NCBI GenBank assembly: GCA_038087875.1
Contig: JAXLNO010001809.1
Location: 1 to 47,398 of the forward strand
Source: Malacoraja senta
Taxonomy: Eukaryota
Length of the DNA stretch: 47,398 nucleotides
Direction: 5' to 3'
Shown here in pieces: positions 35,930 through 46,500 of the stretch. The notes beneath the pieces are model-generated. The model was not told the DNA's origin. It made no database searches and was given only the letters and a program-made list of their open reading frames with translations. The translations under genes and the position numbers were made by a program. Every line of letters starts with the position of its first letter. The first letter of the stretch is position 1.

Positions 35930-38717
35930 CATATGGTTGCAGGAGGGCTGTGATTGGAAACTAAATATTCCAGGATTTCGTTGCTTCAGGTGTGATAGAA
36001 TTGGAGGGGCAAGAGGTGGAGGTGTTGCATTGCTTATCAGGGAAGATATTGCAGCAGTGCTTTGGCAGGATAGATTAGAGGGCTCTTCTAGGGAGGCTAT
36101 TTGGGTGGAACTGAGAAATGGGAAAGGGGTAGCAACACTCATAGGGGTGTATTATAGACCGCCAAATGGGGAGCGAGAATTGGAAGAGCAAATATGTAAG
36201 GAGATTGCAGATATTAGTAGTAAGCACAAGGTAGTGAATGTGGGAGATTTCAATTTTCCACACATAGACTGGGAAACACATTCTGTAAATGGGCTGGATG
36301 GGTTGGAGTTTGTAAAATGTGTGCAGGATAGTTTTTTGCAGCAATACATAGACGTACCTACTAGAGAAAGGGTGGTGCTGGACCTCCTGTTAGGAAATGA
36401 GACGGGTCAGGTGGCAGAGGTATGCATTGGGGAACAGTTCTGGACCAGTGATCACAATACCATTAGTTTCAATATAATTATGGAGAGGGTCAGAACTGGA
36501 CCTAGGGTTGAGATTTTTGATTGGAGAAAGGCTAACTTTGAGGAGATGCGATAGGATTTAAAAGGAGTAAATTGGGACAGTTTGTTTTATGGGAAAGATG
36601 TGGAAGAGAAATGGAGGACATTTAAAGGTGAAAATTTAAGAGTACAGAATCTTTATGTCCCTGTCCGGTTGAAAGTAAATAGTAAAAATTGGAAAGAGCC
36701 ATGGTTTTCAAGGGAAATTGGACACAGTTCGGAAAAAGAGAGAGATCTACAATAATTATAGGCAGCATGGAGAAAATGAGGTGCTTGAGGAGTATAAAAA
36801 ATGTAAAAAGAGTCTTACGAAAGAAATTAGAAAAGCTAAAAGAAGATATGAGGTTGCTTTGGCAAATAAGGTGAAAGTAAATCCAAAGGGTTTCTACAGC
36901 TATATTAATAGCAAAAGGATAACGAGGGATAAAATTGGTCCATTAGAGAGTCAGAGTGGACAGGTATCTGCAGAGCCAAAAGAGATGGGGGAGATATTGA
37001 ACAATTTCTTTTCTTCGGTATTCACCAAGGAGAAGGATATTGAATTATGTGAGGTAAGAGAAACAAGTAGAGTAGCTATGGAAACTATGAGATTCAAAGA
37101 AGAGGAAGTACTGACACTTTTGAGAAATATAAAAGTGGATAAGTCTCCAGGTCCGGACAGGATATTCAGGACATTGAGGGAAGTTAGTGTAGAAATAGCA
37201 GGGGCTATGACAGAAATATTTCAAATGTCATTGGAAACGGCAATAGTGCCGGAGGATTGGCGTACTGCGCATGTTGTTCCATTGTTTAAAAAGGGGTCTA
37301 AGAGTAAACCTAGCAATTATAGACCTGTTAGTTTGACATCAGTGGTGGGCAAATTAATGGAAAGGATACTTAGAGATAATATATATAAGCATCTGGATAA
37401 ACAGGGGCTGATTAGGAGCAGTCAACATGGATTTGTGCCTGGAAGGTCATGTTTGACTAATCTTCTTGAATTTTTTGAAGAGGTTACTCGGGAAATTGAT
37501 GAGGGTAAAGCCGTGGATGTTGTATATATGGACTTCAGTAAGGCCTTTGACAAGGTTCCTCACGGAAGGTTGGTTAAGAAGGTTCAATGGTTGGGTATTA
37601 ATGGTGGAGTAGCAAGATGGATTCAACAGTGGCTGAATGGGAGATGCCAGAGAGTAATGGTGGATGGTTGTTTGTCAGGTTGGAGGCCAGTGACTAGTGG
37701 GGTGCCACAGGGATCTGTGTTGGGTCCACTGTTGTTTGTCATGTACATCAATGATCTGGATGATGGTGTGGTAAATTGGATTAGTAATTATGCAGATGAT
37801 ACTAAGATAGGTGGGGCTGTGGATAATGAAGTAGATTTTCAAAGTCTACAGAGAGATTTATGCCGGTTGGAAGAGTGGGCTGAAAGATGGCAGATGGAGT
37901 TTAATGCTGATAAGTGTGAGGTGCTACATCTTGGCAGGACAAATCAAAATAGGACGTACATGGTAAATGGTAGGGAATTGAAGAATGCAGGTGAACAGAG
38001 GGATCTTGGAATAACTGTGCACAGTTCCCTGAAAGTGGAATCTCATGTAGATAGGGTGGTAAAGAAAGCTTTTGGTGTGCTGGCTTTTATAAATCAGAGC
38101 ATTGAGTATAGAAGTTGGGATGTAATGTTAAAATTGTACAAGGCATTGGTGAGGCCAATTCTGGAGTATGGTGTACAATTTTGGTCGCCTAATTATAGGA
38201 AGGATGTCAACAAAATAGAGAGAGTACAGAGGAGATTTATTAGAATGTTGCCTGGGTTTCAACAACTAAGTTACAGAGAAAGGTTGAACAAGTTAGGGCT
38301 TTATTCTTTGGAGCGCAGAAGGTTAAGGGGGGACTTGATAGAGGTCTTTAAAATGATGAGAGGGATAGACAGAGTTGACGTGGATAAGCTTTTCCCATTG
38401 AGAGTAGGGAAGATTCAAACAAGGGGACATGACTTGAGAATTAAGGGACAGAAGTTTAGGGGTAACATGAGGGGGAACTTCTTTACTCAGAGAGTGGTGG
38501 CTGTGTGGAATGAGCTTCCAGTGAAGGTGGTGGAGGCAGGTTCGTTTTTATCATTTAAAAATAAATTGGATAGTTATATGGACGGGAAAGGAATGGAGGG
38601 TTATGGTCTGAGCACAGGTATATGGGACTAGGGGAGAATACGTGTTCGGCACGGACTAGAAGGGTCGAGATGGCCTGTTTCCGTGCTGTAATTGTTATAT
38701 GGTTATATGGTTATATG
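35930..38717 (+). mobile_element. CR1-clade LINE, EN (partial) + RT with few lesions
   Basis: EN part ends at an in-frame TAG (36552-36554), a frameshift lies near 36720, and a 637-aa RT ORF spans 36718-38631 (YADD). It has a (GGTTATAT)n tail. Confidence 0.93.
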
Positions 38718-39057
38718 AGGTGATTTCCCCCCAACACCGCGATGGTGGAACTCCATGACTGTCACTGATATGGGATGGGATTGAGCATCTTGCAAACACA
38801 CATGTTTAACAATATCACATTGCTGATTAAAACAAGATTCACAAAGCAAGAACAATGTACACTGTTAAACTAGGCTTACAAATTTCTGATGACACTGCAG
38901 CAACTGTGATCCACACTAATACCACGCACATAACTATTGTTTAAAGGAATTTGCTCGCCACTTTGCTTAAAGAAGGAGGGGTTGTGAAATAGACAACATC
39001 TTACATTGACAAATGTGATGTCTCCTGTCAGACATACACAGTGTGTATGACTTGTTT

Positions 39058-39177
39058 AAGAAGGAACTGCAGATGCTGCAAAATCGAAGGTAGACAAAAA
39101 TGCTGGAGAAACTCAGCAGGTGAGGCAGCATCTATGGAGCGAAGGAATAGGCGACGTTTCGGGTCGAGACCCTTCTT
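39058..39177 (-). mobile_element. Penelope-like terminal fragment
   Basis: aaggaactgcagatgctg...gagaaactcagcagg...gggtcgagacccttctt. Confidence 0.7.
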
Positions 39178-39406
39178 ATGACTGCTTTCTACGCAGTTGA
39201 AGACTTTGATCTCCGGGCTCTGATAGTTTCAATTCTGACACAAACGTTATCACCCTCCACAATAAGTGTTTGAAAGCAAAATCAGCTCATGTGGCTCAAG
39301 TGACTGAGTGTGTAAACAGTGCACACACGAGAGTGAGCTGAGTGGAACTAGACTCATGATGCTGCTTCAGAGGATAAGTGGCAGTGCAGGTCAGTCAGCG
39401 GCAATG
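39176..39406 (+). repeat. Inverted partner of 1-230
   Basis: See the feature at 1-230. Followed by a short (AATG)n run. Confidence 0.9.
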
Positions 39407-40364
39407 AATGAATGAATCAATCTCTTCCTCCCCCAATGATTCTGAAGTGAAACGGGAAAATACATCTAATGCAGAATTTCATCCCAATCTGCAGCAGGAG
39501 GGGGACCTTGATACTTCTAACCATTTATGATTTGCTCTGCTGTCGCTGGAGAGTCAGCCACTAATTTATTTCAGATAGTTTCTATCAATTACTGAAACGC
39601 CTCAAAGTCTTCACTGGAGCACAGTCACACTAAACTGACACTAGTCTGTAGCCATTTTGCTACAGGTATGTACTTGCGTACTGGCCAGAACAGATATGCT
39701 GACACATTCCCTTCCGTGAAGTGCAGCAGTGAACTATCGACATGCGTCACCACCAACGGAAGCATTTTACGTCAGAATGCATTTATTAATAAAATTGAAA
39801 TTCCCAGATCATGGGTTGGAATTTTGAGCTCATGTCACCAGATCGACAACTTCTGGATTGACATTTACTGTCAGTCTTCATTTCAAGGAGGAGAGATGCG
39901 GGGGATGAATCTGCTGAGTCTGCTTTGGTGCTTGTGAGCAACACTGCAACGTGACACAGCAAGTGGTACAAAGGTGAAAGGAGTGCAGGCTTATAAGTGC
40001 CCAGAGTTGGAAGAATGACACCTTTACAGAAGGTTGTGTTTGTGGTGAAGGTTTCAGAAATGGTGAGACACATGGTCAAAGTAAGACTGCGATATCAGCA
40101 TGTGACATTCTTAAACCGAGGGAATCCCAGGCTTGGCCTACAAGGAGAAAAATTGATTTTCTCATTCATGTTGCTCAGTATTACTAATCGATGCTGCAGG
40201 GGTTCCAAGCAAAGCACATATCAAATTGTGCCCCTGTAATGTACCAGCTGATCATGGTGATGGGAAAGAGAGTCAAATCCCAGTTGACGGCTCCTTTGTT
40301 CTGGGTTTTCTTCAGTCAAAACACCCAACCTGCTATTTAACACGAGTTTTTCTGATATTCTGTT

Positions 40365-40464
40365 TTCAATAATCTAGCCAGTGTATAGTTTGATCTGCCA
40401 TTGGTCAGTCTTTTGCAATAAATCTAGCCAGTGTATAATTTGATCTGCCATTGATCAGTCTTTT
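40365..40464. repeat. 50-bp tandem duplication (2 copies)
   Basis: aatctagccagtgtata(g/a)tttgatctgccattg(g/a)tcagtctttt starts at 40371 and again at 40421. Confidence 0.9.
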
Positions 40465-40534
40465 ATGTGATGACATAAACATCTTAAAGTTCTTTTATAA
40501 GACACCTGTTTGGACCTGCCCTGGCTTTCCATAA

Positions 40535-41277
40535 AGAGCCTGTCCCAATTCCGCAATTTTGATACAATGATACAATTTATTTGTTGTCATTTGAACCTAA
40601 GTTCAAACGAAATTTGGTTTCTGCAGTCATACAAACAAGTACAAAGAACCAAGACACAACACAATTTACACACAAACATTCATCACAGTGAATCTCCTCC
40701 TCACTGTGATGGAAGACAAAGTCTTGTCTCTCCCCTGCTCTCCTCATTCTCCTCCCGATGTCAAAGTCAAAGCCCCCAGCGGGCGATGGTAAGTAAGTCC
40801 CACAGCCATTAAAGCTGCGCCGGGCGATGCAAGGCCGCGCTCCGGGTCTTGATGTTGGAGCCCTTGGCGGGCGCTAGCAAGTTCCGCGGCCATTTAAAGC
40901 CGCGATGTAAGGCCCCGCTCCAGGTCATTTTCAACCCCGCAACTCAGGCGGGAGAAGTTGCCGTTGCGGGAGCTCCGAAAAAAAATTCTGCGACTACCGG
41001 CACCCGTCATAGTCGCAGCAGGTAACCGAAAATGTTCAACATGTTGAAAATCCAACGGTGACCAGAAGGCTCTACGACTCTTTGGGCGACTGAGGAGACT
41101 ACTCATGACCATACTGGCGACATGTCGCGGGGTGAAGCCTGTATGGTCGTGAGTAGTTGCCAAAAGAGTCGTACCTTGTTCTGGATTTTCAACATGTTGA
41201 ACATTTTCGGCCACCTGTAACGACCAATAACGGGTGCTGGCAGTCGCTGAAAAAGTCACGTAAGTGGGACAAGCCCT
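40535..41277. mobile_element. Palindromic MITE (Harbinger-like TIRs) with an unrelated insert at ~40560-40980
   Basis: TIRs agagcctgtcccaatt and aagtgggacaagccct match at 13/16, with flanks TAA and TGA. There is a perfect 28-bp internal inverted repeat at 41027-41054 and 41182-41209. Confidence 0.7.
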
Positions 41278-41319
41278 TGAGGAAGAGGGTCTCACATCTG
41301 CTTTGCTCCTCTTTTCCAG

Positions 41320-41637
41320 TTGAAACAAAAAGACTCAAGGTCAGCCTGCTGCCTCCAGCTCATCAAGAGACCACGCGTAGCCACACAGCCACCCTCGAAT
41401 GTGTGCTCTCTGGTTTCTACCCGGACCTCATAAACGTCACTTGGGAGAAAGACGGAGCCCCGATCTCTTCCACCACCAACGCTACACCGACTGCTCTGGA
41501 GCAGGGGGGGACTTTCAGTGCCAGCCACTTCCTGACTGTGAGTTCAGAGGATTGGAAGAAAGGCTCAGTCTTCGGCTGTACAGTGTCTCATCCCCCCTCG
41601 AATACCAGTATCAGTCGGGAAGTGAAAAGCTTTCAAG
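41320..41637 (+). CDS. IgW: IgW constant-domain exon, intact; probably CH4 (IgNAR C3 homologue)
   Basis: Acceptor ctttgctcctcttttccag, phase 1-1, 318 nt, donor gtacgg. It encodes VETKRLKVSLLPPAHQETTRSHTATLECVLSGFYPDLINVTWEKDG...PTALEQGGTFSASHFLTVSSEDWKKGSVFGCTVSHPPSNTSISREVKSFQ. LLPP, GFYPD, PTALEQ and SHPPS match IgNAR C3 as recalled. The domain number is an inference. Confidence 0.85.
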
Positions 41638-41769
41638 GTACGGTGCTGGGATTCACTCTAATGATCACATCTTTTACCCCGTCACAAAATAGGACCAGGC
41701 AAGTTTAGCACTGAAGGACAGGTGTTGCAGTGTGTGAGTGAGTGAGTGATAACCAAGAGGCCTAGACTA

Positions 41770-42240
41770 GGGTCAAGAAGAGTCAAGAGTGTTTTATTGT
41801 CATATGTCCCGGACAGGACAATGCATTTCTTCCTTGCTGCAGCACAACAGAATATGTGAATATGTAAACGTAGTACATAACGGGGGAAGAGAAAAATAGA
41901 AAAAGTTCAATAAATAACAAATAATAATGTAATCTTTTGCAGTTCATAGCTCAGAGCTTATTCATTGTGTTTAATAGCCTGATGGCTGCAGGGAAGTAGA
42001 TGTTCCTGTACCTGGACGTTACAGTTTTCAGGCTCCTGTAACTGCTTCCTGATGGCAATGGTGAGATGAGTGTGTGGCCAGGATGGTGTGGGTCTTTCAT
42101 GAATTTGGCTGCCTTTTTGAGGCAGCGACTACGATAGATCCCTTCGACGGTCAAAGCCGACGATGAACTGGGCAGTAGTCACAACCTTTTTGTAGTCTTT
42201 TTCGCTCCTGGACGTTCGTTGCCGAACCAGGCCACGATGC
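41770..42240 (-). mobile_element. Rex/Babar-type LINE 3' fragment
   Basis: IYRSRCLKKAAKFMKDPHHPGHTLISPLPSGSSYRSL...YFPAAIRLLN (ORF 41951-42154). Confidence 0.7.
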
Positions 42241-42549
42241 AACCAGAACTAGGGCACAATGCTAAATATTTCTGTACTTTTACATCTTCAGTTTATTCCA
42301 AAACTGCTCAGTAGCCAGGACACTGAGAAGACGAAGCCTGCTGTTCTTCAAAATTAGTGTCACAGGGTCAGTCCACTCATTGTTGTCGGCCCTCTGTGTG
42401 TGGCATCTCAGTCTAGTTGGCTTGCTGCTAATTTGAAGAGTGGAGTTGAGTATTTGTACTTGTACAATTGTTTGTCGACACTGGAAAAGAGGTCCATCAG
42501 AAAGTCCATTGAGTGGATGGAGCTGGGTGTTGGCATGGGAGTGATCATG

Positions 42550-43200
42550 GAGTCATAGATTTATACAGGACGGTAACAGGCTCTTCGGCTCAGCTTGCCT
42601 TTGCCAACCAAGCTGCCCGATCTACACTAGTCCCGTCTCCCCGTGTTTGGCCTAAATCACTGATCATCTCATGTTCATGTGATAGGAGCAGAATTAGGCC
42701 ATTCAGCCCATCAAGTCTTCTGCCATTCAATCATGGCTGATCTATCTCGCCTTCCTAACCCCATTCTCCTGCCTTCTCCCCTTGACACCAATACTAATCA
42801 AGAATCAATCTATCTCTGCTTTAAAAATACCCATTGAGTGGGCCTCCACAGCCTTCTGTGGCAATGACTTCCTCAGATTCACTACCCTGTGACAAAACAA
42901 ATTCCTCATCTTCCTAGAGGAACCTCCTTTAATTCTGAGGCTATGGTCCTCGACTCTCCCACCAGTGGAATCATCCTCTTTTCATCCGCTCTGTCCAGGC
43001 CTTTCACTATTCGTCCTATCCATGTACCTGTCCAAATAACTTTTAAACATTGTCATAGTTTCTGCGTCAACTACCTCCTCCCACAGCACATTCCATGTAC
43101 CCAGTGCCCTCTGTGTGAAAAAGTTGCCCCTCAGATTCCCATTAAATCTGTCCCCCCTCACTTTAAACCCATGTCCTGGTTCTTGATTGCACTACTCTGG
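42550..43200 (-). mobile_element. Nested CR1-type 3' ends (older copy interrupted by a HER1-like 3' end)
   Basis: catagatttatacaggacggtaacaggc... is interrupted at ~42660-43015 by gataggagcagaattaggccattcagccc..., then resumes. Confidence 0.55.
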
Positions 43201-43535
43201 GTGAAGGAGCCTGGTTGTACATATGTGTGTCTAACCATCTCCTGCACTCTGTCAAATGTGGTTATCTCCTCTTGTGATATTGTGCCGATAGTAACAAGAC
43301 CAGGCTGTGGTTAGTTGAGCAGTTGCTACTCTTGAGGAAAGGGAATGTCTCTCCAGAAACTCACTGCTATTCAGTGTCTTGTGCAGACTGGTGTTCCAGG
43401 GTTCACAACGTTGCACGTTACTCAGCCAGGGAGAGAACGTCAACTGAGAATGAAAATGGATTCCAGATCAAATCCATATCAAACATCATTTTTTGGTTAA
43501 ACATAACTGGTTGCATCATGGCTTGGTTCGGCAAC

Positions 43536-46500
43536 TTTTTTATTTTTTTTATTTTTATTTTATTAGAAGTAAGTACAATTGTATACAATCATATTTTCAT
43601 AATACCTTTTATGTACAGCTTCTTATTTTTAAAATTTTTTGAAATAAAGAAGAAAAAGAAAAAAGTTAGATAATGAAAAATAGAAAAATGTGAGATATAT
43701 AGTGTGTGAAAAAGAAAAAGAAAGAATGAAATAAGAAAGTTGAGACATAGAAAATAGAAGAAAGAGAATAAATGAAAAGAAAAGAAGAAAAGAAAATAGA
43801 AGGAGATCATTTATAATCTTGACCATCCGCAGTCACGGATTAGCTTTTACACCTGTTTTGCACCATACGTTTCCAAAAATACGACAAATGGAGACCAACT
43901 CGTTATGAATTGGTCAAATTTATCTATTAGGAGGAATCGCATTTCCTCAAGATGTGCGGTATCCAACATACTTGCAATCCACATTTTGAGCGTTGGTATT
44001 GGTGTATTTTTCCAAAATTTCAATATTAATTTTTTTGCTATTATTAAACCATAATTAAAAATTGACTTTTGAGATGAGCTCAATTTGTTCCCGTCTTCCA
44101 TTACCCCAAATATAATCAATTCATTATTGGGTTCCATTTTTGTCTTAAATAATTTTGTAAATATTTCGAAAATATCACTCCAAAATCCATGAAGTTTTAT
44201 ACAAGAAACAAAAGAGTGTGTTATAGTTGCTTCTTGGATTAAACATTTATCGCAAATGGGCGATATATTTGGATAACATTTATTTAATCTTGTTTTTGAG
44301 TAATATAATCTATGTAAAATTTTAAATTGGATTAGATTATGTCTTGCGTTAATCGAACACTTGTGAATGTATGTCAAATACTTTTCCCATGTAGCCTTCG
44401 TAATTTTTATCAATAATTCCCGTTCCCACTCTTCTCTAATTACCTCGGTCACAGGTAAATCTATATTTAAGATACTATTATATAAATATGCTATTAATTT
44501 TTGTGTATCAGCTTTTATATTCATTACTTCTTCTAGTAAATCAGGAGTTATTTTTTGATATCCCTGTATGTATGTCTTCAAAAAATTACAAATCTGAAAA
44601 TATTTAAAATAATGAGTGTTTTTCAGTTTAAATTTTAATTGTAATTGTTGAAATGATAATAAATCTCCCATTTCATACATATCCCCGATCCTTTTAATTC
44701 CTAAACTTTCCCATTGATTATATATTTTATCCATCATAGATGGTTTAAATAAAGGATTATTCGCTATCGGTGTTAACAATGATAGGTTTCTTAATTTTAA
44801 GGATAGTTTTATTTGTTTCCATATTCTTATTGTATCTTGTATAATTGGGTTTTTCTTATATATTGTATTGTTCATTTTTTTCGGGGAGAAGAGGATTGCT
44901 CCTATATTACAAGGATAACAATCCTCTTTCTCCATTTTTATCCATTCTGTCTGTTGAGTTGAACTATCCAACCAGTAAATTATATTCTTAATATGTATTG
45001 CCCAATAGTAATACAAAAAATTAGGGAGTGAAAGTCCCCCGACATCTTTTGGTTTACATAAGTGTTCTTTTTTAATTCTATGTGATTTGTAATCCCAAAC
45101 AAAATTAGTAATATTAGCATTCAGTTTAGAGAAGAAATATTTTGGTACATATACTGGTATAGATTGAAATAAGTATAATAACTGTGGTAAGAAGCTCATT
45201 TTAATAGCATTTATTCTGCCTATTAATGATAAAGGGAGTGTTTTCCAAAATTTTATCATTATATTAAGTTTATTTATTAAGGGTATAAAATTAGCGTTGA
45301 ATAAAGCTTTATGTTTTCTAGTAATCTGTATACCCAGATATTTGAATTTTTCTGTTGCTATTTTAAAGGGGAATTTCAATAAGTGTGTGGATTCTTGAGG
45401 TTTTAACGTCATAATTTCACTTTTGTTCCAGTTTATTCTATATCCTGAAAAGGACCCAAATTCCTCTATTAAATTTAATAAATTTGGTATACTCGTTTGT
45501 GAATTTGTTATATATAACAAAATATCGTCTGCATACAATGAAATTTTATTATTTGAGTCCCTAGTATTATAACCCTGAATATTCGGATGGCTTCTTATAC
45601 TTTCAGCCAGAGGTTCTATCATAAGGGCAAATAGCAGGGGTGATAAAGCACATCCCTGCCTATTACCCCTTGATAATTGAAATTTTTGAGATAACATGCT
45701 GTTAGTTAATATTCTTGCCATCGGTTTATCATATAATAATTTCACCCATGCAATAAAATTCTCTCCCATATTAAATTTTTGTAATACTATGTATAAATAC
45801 TGCCATTCTACCTGATCAAATGCTTTCTCTGCGTCCAAAGAAATAATTGCTAAGTCTTTTTCTTCCTTTTTATGTGAGTACATTATATTAAACAGGCGTC
45901 TCAAATTATTAAATGAATATCTTTTGGGTATAAACCCCGTTTGATCAGGGTTTATCAATTTACTAATATATTTGCTTAGTCTTCTAGCTAAGGTCTTTGC
46001 TAGAATTTTCTGGTCGGTATTTAGAAGTGATATAGCTCTATATGAACCCGGTTCCTCTAGATCTTTATCTTTCTTTGGAATAAGCGTAATAGTTGATTCT
46101 GCTAATGTTTCAGGTAATTTATTTTCTTTAAAAACGTGAGTATATAAATTAAATAAATAGGGGGTCGTTATCTCATGAAACTTTTTATAAAATTCATTAC
46201 TAAAACCATCTGGTCCCGGTGTCTTACCATTTTTCAGCAATTTTATTGTTTCACCTATTTCTTCGATTGTAATTTGCGCTCCTAGTTCTTCTTGTTCCAA
46301 AAGGTCAAGTTTTGGTAGATTACATTTATCTAAAAAATTTGTAATTTTACTATCTTCTGTTTTGGTTTTTGATGTGTATAAATTCTGATAAAATTGAACA
46401 AATCTTTTATTGATATCTTTAGGTAGTGTTAGTAATTCACCATTCTCAGATTTAATTTTATTTATAGTATTTTCCTTTTCCTGTTTTTTCAATTGACGCG

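Noticed and set aside
39575-40240. Possible degenerate CH3 exon (ag..gt pair 39575-39665; a WKNDTF string near 40008)
   Set aside because: All phases of the first have early stops, and the Cys/Trp spacing of the second does not fit a C1-set domain.
42292-42435. Acceptor tttacatcttcag downstream of the CH4-like exon as CH5 or a transmembrane exon
   Set aside because: The in-phase reading stops after 7 codons (VYSKTAQ*), and the other frames have no Ig or conserved TM motif.
43323-43826. Phe/Lys-rich ORFs near the L1 3' end
   Set aside because: These are translations of the low-complexity L1 3' UTR and tail.
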